A stretch of 64,000 bases of DNA from NCBI GenBank assembly GCA_030674475.1, contig JAUSCZ010000042.1, positions 11,139 through 75,138 of the forward strand, given 5' to 3'. The notes under the pieces were generated by a model. It had not been told where the DNA came from, searched no databases, and was given only the letters and a program-made list of their open reading frames with translations. This DNA is from Candidatus Omnitrophota bacterium. Lineage in GTDB: Bacteria; Omnitrophota; Gorgyraeia; Gygaellales; UBA12090. The position numbers and the translations under genes were made by a program. Within the stretch, counting starts at the first letter, position 1. Each line of letters begins with the position of its first letter. Shown one piece after another: positions 52,665-62,944 of the stretch.

Positions 52665-54734
52665 ATGCCAAAAACTGATAATCTGAAAAAGATAGACATT
52701 CCGCCGGTGGCCAAATTTTTTCTGGTTATGCTTTTGGCTATATTCGCGACCGAGGCGGCAATTATGTCGGGTCTTTATTTTTTTCTAAGCTATCTGCGTC
52801 TTCCGCCGCTGTGGGAAGGATTTCTTGACAGCCTCACCTTGGCTGTTTTATTAACTCCGGTATTGTATTTCTTATTCTATCGCCCCTTATCTTTGCAAAT
52901 CGCCCGATATAAACAGGCTTTAGAGACAATCCAGGGATTAAAAACCGGATACGGCGTCATCGTCCGCACGGCAATGGATGGTTTCTGGCTTATCGATATC
53001 CAGGGGCGCATTTTGGAGGTTAACGATTCTTACTGCCGTTTAATCGGTTACAGCCGCGAAGAATTATTAACCATGTCAGTATTTGATTTAAGAGCTAATG
53101 AAAAACCCGAAGATACCAAAAGACATCTCCAGCGGATAATAGCATCCGGCAGTGATCGCTTTGAAAGTCATCATCGTGGTAAAGACGGCAGAATTGTGGA
53201 TCTGGAGGTCAGCGTTAATTATTTAGATGCTGAGGGCGGCCGGCTCTTTGCCTTTCTGCACGATATTACCGAGCGCAAAAAGAGGCAAAGAGAATTAGAA
53301 GAAGCAAACGTGTTTAATAGTTCCTTGGTCCAGACCATCCCTTTTGGAATGGATATTGTGGATAAGGAGGGAAATATTTTGTGGTTAAATCCCAGGCTGG
53401 AATCCGTCTTTGGCAAGGAAGCTATCGGCAAGAAATGCTGGGAACTTTACCGGGACGATAAACTGCCATGCGATAATTGCCCTTTGATAGGCGATATTGC
53501 TTTAGGTGAAACCGCGACTATTGAGATTTCCGGAGTACTCGGAGGGAGGAGTTTTCAGATTTCTCATATCGGGATGGTTTATCAGGGCAAAATGGCAATT
53601 TTGGAGATATTCCAGGATATTACTGAGCGTAAACAGAATCAGGCGATGTTAGAAAAGCTGGCCGTGGCAGTCAGGCAGACCGCGGATATGGTTGTTATTA
53701 CCGATAAGGACGGGAAGATTGAATACGTGAATCCGGCCTTTGAATTAGAGACCGGTTATAAAGCCGAAGAAGCTATTGGTCAGACCCCGCGCATACTCAA
53801 GTCCGGCCAACATGACCAGGGTTTCTATGAGCGGCTTTGGCAAACGATTCTCGCCGATGAAGTTTTTCGCGACATCTTAGTTAATAAAAAAAAGGACGGC
53901 CAGTTATATTACTCCGAGAAAACCATTACCCCGATAAAAGACGAACACGGAGTTATTACCAATTTCGTTTCCAATGATAAAGATATTACCACGCGAAAAC
54001 TCGCGGAAGAGGAGCTTCTAAAGCTGAATCGGGAACTGATTAAACTTGACCAGTTAAAGTCGGGATTTATCAATATGTCTTCCCACGAATTGCGCACGCC
54101 GATAGCGATTATCCGCGAAGGCATCTCCCAGATAGTGGAAGGACTGCACGGAGAGCTTAAGCCGGAACAAAAATATTTCTTAGATAAGTCTTTTAAGAAT
54201 GTTAACCGCCTGATCAAAATTGTAGATAATATCTTTGAGATTTCCGGACTTGATTCAGAAAAGGCCTTTCTGGAAAAAGAGTCCTTTGACATGGTGGAAT
54301 TAGCCCGAAGCGCGATAGCCGGCCTTGACCCGGAGATAAAGGGATCGGGGTTAGAGATAAGAGAAAATTTCCCCCGGAATAAAGTTGAGCTGAACGTTGA
54401 CCGGAAGAAAATAAACCGGGTTTTGACCGAGCTGATAAGAAACGCTCTCAAATTTACCGAGAAAGGTTATATTGAGATTAAAATTGAAGATAGGGAAGAT
54501 AGGGTTGAGTGCGCTGTTAAGGATACCGGAATAGGCATTGCCGAGGAAAATTTACCCGCGGTGTTTGATAAATTCCAGCAATTTGACCGGGATTTTGGGC
54601 CCGGAGAAAGAGGCACCGGATTAGGCTTGGCCATTGCCAAAGGACTTATAGAATTGCATAAAGGTAAAATCTGGGTAGAAAGCAGGATGGGCGAAGGCTC
54701 GAAATTTACCCTTAGTCTGCCGAAAGGAAAATAA
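52665..54734 (+). CDS. Membrane sensor histidine kinase with three PAS domains
   Basis: 2 TM, three PAS/PAC ends (DITERK, DITERK, DITTRK), SHELRTP, NALKFT, DTGIG, GTGLGL. Confidence 0.92.
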   Translation: MPKTDNLKKIDIPPVAKFFLVMLLAIFATEAAIMSGLYFFLSYLRLPPLWEGFLDSLTLAVLLTPVLYFLFYRPLSLQIARYKQALETIQGLKTGYGVIVRTAMDGFWLIDIQGRILEVNDSYCRLIGYSREELLTMSVFDLRANEKPEDTKRHLQRIIASGSDRFESHHRGKDGRIVDLEVSVNYLDAEGGRLFAFLHDITERKKRQRELEEANVFNSSLVQTIPFGMDIVDKEGNILWLNPRLESVFGKEAIGKKCWELYRDDKLPCDNCPLIGDIALGETATIEISGVLGGRSFQISHIGMVYQGKMAILEIFQDITERKQNQAMLEKLAVAVRQTADMVVITDKDGKIEYVNPAFELETGYKAEEAIGQTPRILKSGQHDQGFYERLWQTILADEVFRDILVNKKKDGQLYYSEKTITPIKDEHGVITNFVSNDKDITTRKLAEEELLKLNRELIKLDQLKSGFINMSSHELRTPIAIIREGISQIVEGLHGELKPEQKYFLDKSFKNVNRLIKIVDNIFEISGLDSEKAFLEKESFDMVELARSAIAGLDPEIKGSGLEIRENFPRNKVELNVDRKKINRVLTELIRNALKFTEKGYIEIKIEDREDRVECAVKDTGIGIAEENLPAVFDKFQQFDRDFGPGERGTGLGLAIAKGLIELHKGKIWVESRMGEGSKFTLSLPKGK

Positions 54735-54915
54735 CCTCCCCTATCCCCTCCTTGGTAAGGAGGGGATTAGCAAAGGTGAGCCGGGAAGGGTAAGAAATCC
54801 TCCCCTTGGCAAGGGGAGGCGGGGAGGGGTTAAGAAAGTAGCTTTGTAGTCAATGAATGAATTTACTCACTCCAAACTTCAAAGAACCAAACTAAATAAT
54901 CGGAGGGATATAAAG

Positions 54916-55365
54916 ATGGATAAGCGCAAAAAAAGAATATTGTTGGTGGATGATGAGCCGGATTTTGTGGAGTTGATAAAAAGCAGATTAGAGGCCAATG
55001 AATACCAGGTGGTAACCGCCAAAAACGGCAAAGAGGCCCTGGATTTGCTTAAATGCCTGACCTGCGATAAGTTTGACGCGATATTGCTGGATATCCTGAT
55101 GCCGGAGATAGATGGGATAGAAACCTTGAAAAGAATACGCCAGCAGGATAAGGAGCTTCCGGTGTTTATGCTGACGGCTTATTCGGACAAAGGGATGTTT
55201 GAGCAGGCCAATAAAGCCGGGGCCTCGGGATATATTGTTAAAACCAGCGACCTTCAGCAGGAAATCAATAATATTAATAATATCCTCAGGCTGGCCCCGA
55301 AGTATCACCCGGCGGAGAAATCCTCCCCTTACCAAGGGGAGGTAGGGAGGGGTAAGGAAAAATAA
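54916..55365 (+). CDS. Single-domain response regulator
   Basis: VDDE, LLDILMP, LTA; GGAGG RBS before ATG 54916. Confidence 0.88.
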   Translation: MDKRKKRILLVDDEPDFVELIKSRLEANEYQVVTAKNGKEALDLLKCLTCDKFDAILLDILMPEIDGIETLKRIRQQDKELPVFMLTAYSDKGMFEQANKAGASGYIVKTSDLQQEINNINNILRLAPKYHPAEKSSPYQGEVGRGKEK

Positions 55366-55736
55366 TGGCTAAAAAGCGCTTGTTGTTGGTTGATGATGAA
55401 GTAGAATTGGTGGAGATGATAAAATTTCGTTTAGAGGCATCCGGCTATGAAGTGCTCACCGCTAATGACGGCCAGCAGGCCTTAGAGATTGCCCGCAGGG
55501 AAAAGCCGGACCTGATTATCCTGGATGTAATGCTTCCTAAAATGGATGGATATAAAGTGTGCGGTTTGCTTAAAAAGGATTCCCGGTATGCCCATATCCC
55601 GGTAATGATGTTTACGGCCAAGGCCATGGATGCCGATCTGAAATTAGGCCAGGAAGTTTCTGCCGATGCCTATCTGACCAAGCCCTTTGAGCCCAAAGTG
55701 CTTTTGGAGAAGATAAAAGAATTAGTCAAAGAATGA
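55365..55736 (+). CDS. Single-domain response regulator
   Basis: VDDE, ILDVMLP, FTA, KPF. Confidence 0.9.
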   Translation: MAKKRLLLVDDEVELVEMIKFRLEASGYEVLTANDGQQALEIARREKPDLIILDVMLPKMDGYKVCGLLKKDSRYAHIPVMMFTAKAMDADLKLGQEVSADAYLTKPFEPKVLLEKIKELVKE

Positions 55737-57430
55737 CCCGACAGAAGAAAACTTTAAGCGAGATGCTGGTAGAGCTTGGACTTTTGAGCCCGGAGCAGGC
55801 CAGAGAGGCTAAGAAGGAAGAAGAGCTGAATAGACAGCCCTTTAGGAAAATAATTGTCCAGAAGGGTTTTATCAGCGAGGAAGACCTGATTTCCTTTATG
55901 GCCAGCAATATGAACCTGCCCCAGATTGAACTGGAGAACTACATAATTGACCCCAAGATAATTGAACTTATCCCGGAGGGCTTGGCCCGAAAGCATCAGA
56001 TTGTTCCCCTTTTTAAAATCGCCAACACCTTGACTTGCGCTATGTTTGACCCCTTGAATATTTTTGCCATTGATGAACTGCGCAATAAAACCGGCTTTGA
56101 TATTGAAGCGGCAGTGGCCACCGAGAAGGAAATCAAAAGGGCCCTGAACGAATATTACAGCGCCAAAGGCGGGGTTGAAGAGATTGTTAAGGCCATTGAT
56201 AAAGAAAGGCTGGGGCTTAAAGAAGGAGAGGAGTTAGAGCTTAAAAAACTCCAGCAGATTTCCGGTGAGCCGCCGATTATCCGGCTGGTTAATCTTACCA
56301 TTATGCAGGCGGTCCACGATGGCTCAAGCGATATCCACATTGAGCCGGAGGAGGAAGTTTTAAAGGTGAGATACCGGATTGACGGCATACTCCATGACCA
56401 GTCTTCTTTACCTAAATACCTGGAATCAGCGGTGGTCTCGCGGATAAAAATACTCTCCAGCCTGAATATTGCCGAGCGCCGCGCCCCCCAGGACGGCCGT
56501 TTCCAGATGAAGGTGGAAAACCGCCAGATAGATATCCGGGTTTCAGTAATGGCCACAGTCTACGGGGAAAATGTGGTGATGCGCCTGCTGGATAGAAGCA
56601 ATACGGTTATGGGTTTACCCGATTTAGGCTTACCTAAAGAGGCCGTTAAAACTTATGAAAAGCTGATTCAGAGTCCGCATGGGATAATCTTAGTAACCGG
56701 GCCTACCGGAAGCGGGAAGACCACTACCCTTTATACTTCGCTGAATGTTATTAATTCTCCGCAAAAGAATATCGTTACTATCGAGGATCCGGTAGAGTAT
56801 CATCTTAACGGAATTCGTCAGATTCAGGTGGAATCCCGGTCCGGGGTGAGTTTTGCCACTGGTTTAAGGTCAATCTTGCGGCAGGATCCGGATGTAATAA
56901 TGGTAGGTGAAATCCGGGATAAGGAGACCGCGGAGATTGCTATTCAGGCGGCCCTTACCGGCCATCTGGTCTTTTCCACCCTGCATACTAATGATGCCTC
57001 CGGGGCAATAACCCGGTTGATGGATATGGGGATTGAGCCGTTTTTGATCACTTCTTCATTGAGCGCGGTTCTGGCGCAACGTTTGGTCAGGGTGGTCTGT
57101 AAGGATTGCAAGGAAGAATATGCTCCCTCCGAAGAGGTATTAAAAGAAATAGGGTTAGAGAGCAATCAGGATTCGCGGGTCAAATTCTACCGGGGAAAAG
57201 GCTGTCTAAAATGTAAGGACACCGGCTACAAGGGCCGGATAGGAATTTATGAGCTTATGGTTATGGATGAGAAACTGCATAATCTGATTGTGGCCAAGGT
57301 TTCCAGCGAGGAAATAAAAAGATATTGCCGGTCTTCCGGCGGCATAAGCTTAAGGCAGGATGGCTTAGAAAAAGTCAAGGCCGGAATAACCACCATTGAA
57401 GAAGTTTTGCGCCTAACTCCAAAGGAATAG
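55733..57430 (+). CDS. pilB: GspE/PilB family assembly ATPase (copy 3)
   Basis: GPTGSGKT, LRQDPDVIMVGEIRD, STLHTN, CxxC pairs. Confidence 0.92.
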   Translation: MTRQKKTLSEMLVELGLLSPEQAREAKKEEELNRQPFRKIIVQKGFISEEDLISFMASNMNLPQIELENYIIDPKIIELIPEGLARKHQIVPLFKIANTLTCAMFDPLNIFAIDELRNKTGFDIEAAVATEKEIKRALNEYYSAKGGVEEIVKAIDKERLGLKEGEELELKKLQQISGEPPIIRLVNLTIMQAVHDGSSDIHIEPEEEVLKVRYRIDGILHDQSSLPKYLESAVVSRIKILSSLNIAERRAPQDGRFQMKVENRQIDIRVSVMATVYGENVVMRLLDRSNTVMGLPDLGLPKEAVKTYEKLIQSPHGIILVTGPTGSGKTTTLYTSLNVINSPQKNIVTIEDPVEYHLNGIRQIQVESRSGVSFATGLRSILRQDPDVIMVGEIRDKETAEIAIQAALTGHLVFSTLHTNDASGAITRLMDMGIEPFLITSSLSAVLAQRLVRVVCKDCKEEYAPSEEVLKEIGLESNQDSRVKFYRGKGCLKCKDTGYKGRIGIYELMVMDEKLHNLIVAKVSSEEIKRYCRSSGGISLRQDGLEKVKAGITTIEEVLRLTPKE

Positions 57431-57523
57431 GTAATCCTCCCCTTACCAAGGGGAGGCGGGGTGGGGTAAGAAATCCTCCCCTTACCAAGGGGAGGCGGGG
57501 TGGGGTTAAGAAGGAGGTTTTGT

Positions 57524-58738
57524 TTGCCCGATTATCTGTATAAGGCCAGAGACGAAAGCGGTAAATTAGTTAAGGGCGCTCTCGATGCGGACTCTGCCGA
57601 TGAGGTGAGCGCCAAATTGCGCAAGATGGGGTATATGGCTGTTTCCCTAAGCCTGGCTAAAAAAGAAATTGACCTGGAGGGTATGTTGCGGCAATTGCGC
57701 CGGATAAATCCTCAGGATTTGATAGTTTTTAATTTTCAGCTGGCTAATCTGCTGGAATCCGGAATTTCCCTTTTAATCGCCCTGCGCACCATTGAGGCCC
57801 AGACGGCAAATAAAAGGCTGAAAGATGTCTTAGGTGAGCTTTGGAGGGCGGTTGAATCCGGGAGCTCTTTCTCGGAAAGTCTCAGCCGCCATCCCAAGGT
57901 GTTCAGTAAATTATTCGTGAATATGGTCAAGGCCGGTGAGGAATCCGGAAAGCTCGATGCGGTGCTCAAGAAATACGCCTCATTCTCCGAGGCCAAAGAG
58001 GAATTATCCCAGAAGATTAAGGGAGCGCTTTTTTATCCGCTTATTCTATTTATCGCCTCTATCTTGGTTATAGTATTTATCGTAACCTTTATTATGCCGA
58101 AGTTTGCCGATTTATTCTTAAGTGCTGGGCTAAAACTGCCTTTGGTTACCCAGATTCTATTTTCATTTGGGGTAATTATTAAGAGATACTGGTATCTGAT
58201 TATCTTAGGCTTCTGTATATTGTCTTGGCTGATAGTCCAATACGCGCGAACTAAAACCGGAAAATTTCAATTTGACCGCTTAGTGCTTAAAATCCCGGCA
58301 GTAGGAGATTTGGCGCGTAAAATCTATGTCTCCAGGTTTAGCCGCACTTTGGCGGTTCTTTTGTCCAGCGGAGTATCGGTTTTGCGCTCCTTAGATATAA
58401 CTAAGGAGGTGATCGGTAATGAGGTGATGGCCGGGGTAATGGCAAACTTAAAGGCTTCAGTTGAGCAGGGAGAGCGGCTCTCCGAACCTTTAAGAGTAAG
58501 CGGAGAATTTCCCTTAGACGCGGTGCAGATGATTTCCGCGGGAGAAGAATCCGGTAATTTAGACGGGATGCTGGATAAGATAGCCGATTTTTATGATACC
58601 GCGGTCGGTTATTCACTTAAGAAACTGACCGCGTTGATTGAGCCTTTATTGCTGGCCATAATGGGCGCGGTAGTGGCTGTGATTATGGCTTCGGTATTGA
58701 TCCCGATTTTTGATATGGTTAAGATTATAAGACATTAA
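57524..58738 (+). CDS. pilC: PilC/GspF platform protein
   Basis: AAGGAGG then TTG 57524 (MPDYLYKARD); GEESGKLD, GEESGNLD, LIPIF. Confidence 0.9.
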   Translation: MPDYLYKARDESGKLVKGALDADSADEVSAKLRKMGYMAVSLSLAKKEIDLEGMLRQLRRINPQDLIVFNFQLANLLESGISLLIALRTIEAQTANKRLKDVLGELWRAVESGSSFSESLSRHPKVFSKLFVNMVKAGEESGKLDAVLKKYASFSEAKEELSQKIKGALFYPLILFIASILVIVFIVTFIMPKFADLFLSAGLKLPLVTQILFSFGVIIKRYWYLIILGFCILSWLIVQYARTKTGKFQFDRLVLKIPAVGDLARKIYVSRFSRTLAVLLSSGVSVLRSLDITKEVIGNEVMAGVMANLKASVEQGERLSEPLRVSGEFPLDAVQMISAGEESGNLDGMLDKIADFYDTAVGYSLKKLTALIEPLLLAIMGAVVAVIMASVLIPIFDMVKIIRH

Positions 58739-58775
58739 ATATAGTTGATAGTTTATAGCTATAGGAGGAGGAAGA

Positions 58776-59225
58776 ATGAAAAAAGGTTTTACCTTGATTG
58801 AGCTTTTGATAGTCATCGCGGTAATTTCAATTTTGATCGGAATTTCCCTGCCCCGTTTTAAGGGTATGCAGGATGAGGGAAATATCGCCAAGGCTAAAGG
58901 CGAGTTGCGGACACTGCAAACCGCGATAGAGAGTTATTTTATCCACAATAATAACACTTACCCGGCTACCACTGCCGCCGCTCTGCAGACTGCCTTAGCC
59001 GCGGCCGTCCCCAGCATTATAACTTTTGTGCCTACCGACCCCTTTAGCGCCACCAGCGCTGATTATGTATATGTGATGGGCGGGACTAACAGCAAATTTT
59101 ATATTATTTATTCGGTTGGCCCGGGTGGAAACGGAAGCGCGGTTATTACCAGCGACGCCGTGGTTGAAACCAACGGATCAAGCTGTATTTATGCCTCTAA
59201 CATCAGCCAGGATTTACAGCCATAA
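58776..59225 (+). CDS. Major pilin / GspG-like pseudopilin
   Basis: KKG/FTLIELLIV class III signal; PTDPF and YSVGPGG. Confidence 0.88.
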   Translation: MKKGFTLIELLIVIAVISILIGISLPRFKGMQDEGNIAKAKGELRTLQTAIESYFIHNNNTYPATTAAALQTALAAAVPSIITFVPTDPFSATSADYVYVMGGTNSKFYIIYSVGPGGNGSAVITSDAVVETNGSSCIYASNISQDLQP

Positions 59226-59316
59226 TTAGCAGCTGTCAGCTGTCAGCTTTCAGCTTTTTACTGATAGCTGAAGGCTTAAAAAAGGAAGTTGTAATGAGGT
59301 CAAGAAGGCAAAAATT

Positions 59317-59703
59317 TTGATGTTATCAAACGTTACACATCAAACAGCGAGAGTTCGGGATGGCTTTAGTCTATTAGAGATCATGATAGCCTTGCTTATT
59401 TTTACCGTGGGGGTTATCGCGATAATCTGGGCCTTCAGCGCGGGTATGTCCGCTACTGGCGATATTGAAAATGTTGATTTAGCCTTAAACATTGCCCAGG
59501 CGAAAATGGAGGAAATAAAAAATACTCCCTTCGCCAGCCTCACCGATAGCGGCCCCGTGGCGGATTCTAACTTTTCCAATTTTAATACAGCGGTTAATGT
59601 AGGTGAAGGCCAAAACCCTATGCTGGTAGACGTAACCGTAGCTTGGAATGTTAAGGGAGGCTCAACCAATATTACCTTGACCACGCTGGTAGCGAATTAT
59701 TAA
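59317..59703 (+). CDS. Minor pilin (PilV-like)
   Basis: RDG/FSLLEIMIAL; ALNIAQAKMEEI; start uncertain (59317 or 59320). Confidence 0.82.
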   Translation: MMLSNVTHQTARVRDGFSLLEIMIALLIFTVGVIAIIWAFSAGMSATGDIENVDLALNIAQAKMEEIKNTPFASLTDSGPVADSNFSNFNTAVNVGEGQNPMLVDVTVAWNVKGGSTNITLTTLVANY

Positions 59704-59745
59704 AGGCTATCAGCAGTTGAAGGCCGAGGGAAGGAAAGTAGAGAG

Positions 59746-60264
59746 TTGAAAAAAGTGCGTAAAGGATTCACGCTCATAGAACTTATTATTACGATTTTAA
59801 TGCTGGTGGTTTTAGTGGGGGTGAGCGCCTTTGTTTTTCGCGCGGTGCTTTTAAGCTGGTCCAGCCAAGAAACCAGGTCAGGCATTGATATAGTTTTAGA
59901 TCGGGGGATTGAGGAGATGGTCCGGGATTTAAGAAAGGCCAGACAGGTTCAGTCTATAAATAATGACGAGCTAAGATTTACCCAGGACCAAAGCGCCTAT
60001 TATATTTATTATTTTTATAATGCCAATGACTCCTATCCTCCAAGTTTTAACCAAAGTTCGTATCAGTTAAGAAAAGCCGCCCTTTCCGGAGGCATAAGTG
60101 GAACCTTCACCTATGGCTCAGGCCCAATTATAATTACTGAAGCATTGCCTCCGGCGATCTCAGATTTATCAATAAGCGCTAATTTAATTACTCTGGATTT
60201 GAGTATAAAAAGAGGCGATGAGACCATAAGGTCAAGGACGCAAGTTAGGCCGAGAAACCTATGA
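59746..60264 (+). CDS. Minor pilin (PilW/GspJ-like)
   Basis: RKG/FTLIELII; MVRDLR; terminal VRPRNL. Confidence 0.82.
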   Translation: MKKVRKGFTLIELIITILMLVVLVGVSAFVFRAVLLSWSSQETRSGIDIVLDRGIEEMVRDLRKARQVQSINNDELRFTQDQSAYYIYYFYNANDSYPPSFNQSSYQLRKAALSGGISGTFTYGSGPIIITEALPPAISDLSISANLITLDLSIKRGDETIRSRTQVRPRNL

Positions 60265-61349
60265 TCAAGCTATCCGCTATCCCCTCTCGCTCGTCCGCGA
60301 AGAAAGGAACAGCATTATTACTTACCTTCATAATAATGACCACCTTAACTACGGTGGTGATGGCATTCTTATATATGAGTTCCCTGCGGCTGAAAGGTTC
60401 AGGATACGATATGTCCGATAGTCAGGCCCTCTGGCTGGCTGAGGCGGGATTACAAAAGGCTTTATATACCTTAAAAAATGACACTAATTATCAAAGCAGT
60501 CCCACTACTATTACCGGTTCTCTGGGCAACGGCGCGTATTCCGTAAGCGCCGTTAAAAGCGGAAGTATTTATACTTTTACCTCTCTGGGCACGGTTAACG
60601 CGATGAGCCGGCAGATCAGGGCCAGCGCGGCCTTTACCTCTTCGGTTTTAGTGCGCAGTATTCATGCTGACGGCAGCACGGTTGATTTTAACGGCTCAAC
60701 CGGAGTAATAAATGGTAATATAAGTTGTCATGTGCATATAACAAATTACGCGGGTATGACTATCAACGGAACTCTTTCCGAAAATTTTCCCATGATTAAT
60801 CCCACCTTAGATTTTGATTACTATAAGAATCTGGCTGCTGCTTCCGGCCAGCTTATCACCGGCAGTTATACCTTTCAAAACGGCACCTACAGCGGAGTAT
60901 GGTATGTGACTACAGGGGTTACTATAGGAAATAATGCCATAATAAATGGCTCTATCTTTTCGGATAGCAGTATTCAATTTGTCGATAAGGCGGATAATGT
61001 TCAGATAACCCCCAGTCTGCTTACTAATTATCCGGCGCTGGCCGCCAAGAATAATATGAGCACCAGTGGCACCGGTGCCCCCGGCCAAAGGATTGGCTTA
61101 CAGAATAGCACCATAAATGGATTGATTCTGGCGCAAAATAATATCACCTTTGACGATGTGAAAAATTCTACTATTAACGGCACAATATTGGCGGGAGGTA
61201 ATTTTTCGATGGGCAATGGAAGCGGCATTACCATTAATTATAATGATAATATTTTCGCGCCTATGCCGCCGGCCTTTACCTATTCTCCCGGAGCCGACCT
61301 GGTAGTGGTATTTCAAAAAGACTGGAATGAGATAGTCCCCGCTACTTAA
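60261..61349 (+). CDS. PilX/GspK-like minor pilin with Gly/Asn-rich beta-helical tail
   Basis: KKG/TALLL lacking Glu5; ALWLAEAG; repeated xINGxI motifs. Confidence 0.8.
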   Translation: MIKLSAIPSRSSAKKGTALLLTFIIMTTLTTVVMAFLYMSSLRLKGSGYDMSDSQALWLAEAGLQKALYTLKNDTNYQSSPTTITGSLGNGAYSVSAVKSGSIYTFTSLGTVNAMSRQIRASAAFTSSVLVRSIHADGSTVDFNGSTGVINGNISCHVHITNYAGMTINGTLSENFPMINPTLDFDYYKNLAAASGQLITGSYTFQNGTYSGVWYVTTGVTIGNNAIINGSIFSDSSIQFVDKADNVQITPSLLTNYPALAAKNNMSTSGTGAPGQRIGLQNSTINGLILAQNNITFDDVKNSTINGTILAGGNFSMGNGSGITINYNDNIFAPMPPAFTYSPGADLVVVFQKDWNEIVPAT

Positions 61350-61363
61350 ACGACCTAACCAAG

Positions 61364-62941
61364 ATGAATATAGAAAGCCTGATACCAAACGGATTTTTTT
61401 CTAAGGAAAAATATAGTATCGGCTTGGATATCGGCGCCAGTTCTATAAAATTAGCCCAGTTTAAGCAAGAAGAAGGCGTTTTCTCTTTAATTAAAGTCAA
61501 AAGTATTGACATAGAAAAGAATAAAGAGCCGGCGCGTATCCTTAAAGAACTGTTTTCGGGCCCAGAGGCGAAAAACTCCAAAGTAGTTGCTTTGCTGGAT
61601 TCGCCTTATTCCATGCTTAAAAGGGCGATTGTGCCGATGATGCCGGATAATGAACTAAAAGAGGCGGTATCTTTGGAAGCTAAGAATTATTTCCCTTTTC
61701 CTATCGAGGATTCGCTGGTTGATTTTGAAGTCATCGGGGATCTTGTTGAGAATGGGGTTAAGAAAAAAGAAATACTGGTGGGGGTGTGTCCTCATAAAGC
61801 CATAGCGGAACGTGTGCGTCTGTTTAATGAGCTGAACCTAAAACCGCGGGTAATTATCAACTCGGCTTTAGCAATGTTCAATCTGCTTAAGTTTAAAAAA
61901 TTTAAAGAAAACTTAAGTGTCGCGGCAATAGATATAGGAAAGAGCTTATCTAATTTGATAATCATTCGGGCTCACAAACTTTATTTTAACCGCGAGATTC
62001 CCATATCCGGCGATGACTTTACCCGGGCCTTGACCAGCGCTCTCTCTACGGCTTCAGGCAAAATAGAGCTTTCTTATTTAGAGGCGGAAAGGATAAAAAA
62101 GGAATACGGAATCCCCCGGGAAATCAATTCCGAGCTGGTTGAGAATAAGATTTCTCACGCCCAGCTTCATTCTTTATTGATGGCCTCTTTAGAGAAGCTG
62201 GCCACGGAAATCGGCCGCTCCTTTGATTTTTACCGTGAAGAAACCGGAGGGATTAAAGTAGACAGGCTGATACTTTTTGGCGGAAGCGCGATGTTGAAGG
62301 GTTTGGATAAATTCCTGGCTAAGGAGTTAGCCATAGAGGTTGAGGTCTATAATTCCTGGGAAGGAATCAAGGCAAGTAAAGAATTAAACGATCATCCTGA
62401 AATCAGCCGTATGGCTATGGCTGTAGGCGCGGGAATAAATAAAGCCGAGGGAATAAATTTTCTTCCCTTTGAGATAAGGGAGGATCTGAAGCGCCTTATG
62501 GAGAGGGCGGCTTTAAAGGCCGGGTTAAGCGCGGCGATAACTATTTTGGTTCTTACTTTTGTGGGACTGCGCCTAAGCGTGGCTAATTTAGACAAAAAAA
62601 TAAACGCGGTGAAATCAGAGTTGTCTTTTTTAAATACCCGTTTTGGCGAGGCCAAAGAGCGGAATTTAATAAATGATGTTTTGTCGGTTGAGCCTTACTG
62701 GGAAGATGTTTTTAAGGAAATCGGCAATGGTATCCCGGATGAAATATACCTCACCCAGATGAGCGCGCAAGGCGGCAGTGTAACCCTCAAGGGAGTGATT
62801 GCCTCAGGCAGAGACCAGCAGGATGCCTTTTCCGGTTTTATCCGTAAGCTGGAAGCGGGCATATTCAGGAATATTAAGTTTTCCGCGGCGGCGCGGGCCG
62901 CGGGCCAAAAAGAATTTGAAGTTCAAATGCAGTTTGAGTAA
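61364..62941 (+). CDS. pilM: PilM-PilN fusion protein
   Basis: IGLDIGASSIK, IDIG, LFGGSA actin-like domain, then INFLP, a TM helix and a PilN-like periplasmic part. Confidence 0.85.
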   Translation: MNIESLIPNGFFSKEKYSIGLDIGASSIKLAQFKQEEGVFSLIKVKSIDIEKNKEPARILKELFSGPEAKNSKVVALLDSPYSMLKRAIVPMMPDNELKEAVSLEAKNYFPFPIEDSLVDFEVIGDLVENGVKKKEILVGVCPHKAIAERVRLFNELNLKPRVIINSALAMFNLLKFKKFKENLSVAAIDIGKSLSNLIIIRAHKLYFNREIPISGDDFTRALTSALSTASGKIELSYLEAERIKKEYGIPREINSELVENKISHAQLHSLLMASLEKLATEIGRSFDFYREETGGIKVDRLILFGGSAMLKGLDKFLAKELAIEVEVYNSWEGIKASKELNDHPEISRMAMAVGAGINKAEGINFLPFEIREDLKRLMERAALKAGLSAAITILVLTFVGLRLSVANLDKKINAVKSELSFLNTRFGEAKERNLINDVLSVEPYWEDVFKEIGNGIPDEIYLTQMSAQGGSVTLKGVIASGRDQQDAFSGFIRKLEAGIFRNIKFSAAARAAGQKEFEVQMQFE

Positions 62942-62944
62942 CTA

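Larger units (their letters stand above)
54735..57510. repeat. Family of five CCTCCCCTT-N4-AAGGGGAGG-type palindromic repeats
   Basis: Copies at about 54735 (variant), 54795, 55318, 57433 and 57471; span covers the family, not one continuous repeat. Confidence 0.8.

Noticed and set aside
47580-54451. Long antisense ORFs at 47580-48173 and 53909-54451
   Set aside because: They overlap well-supported genes on the opposite strand and have no motifs.
55048-55071. CxxC (KCLTCDK) in a receiver domain as a redox switch
   Set aside because: One motif with no conservation data available; could be chance.
57500-57523. Longer PilC start at GTG 57500
   Set aside because: Lies in a repeat; AAGGAGG supports TTG 57524.
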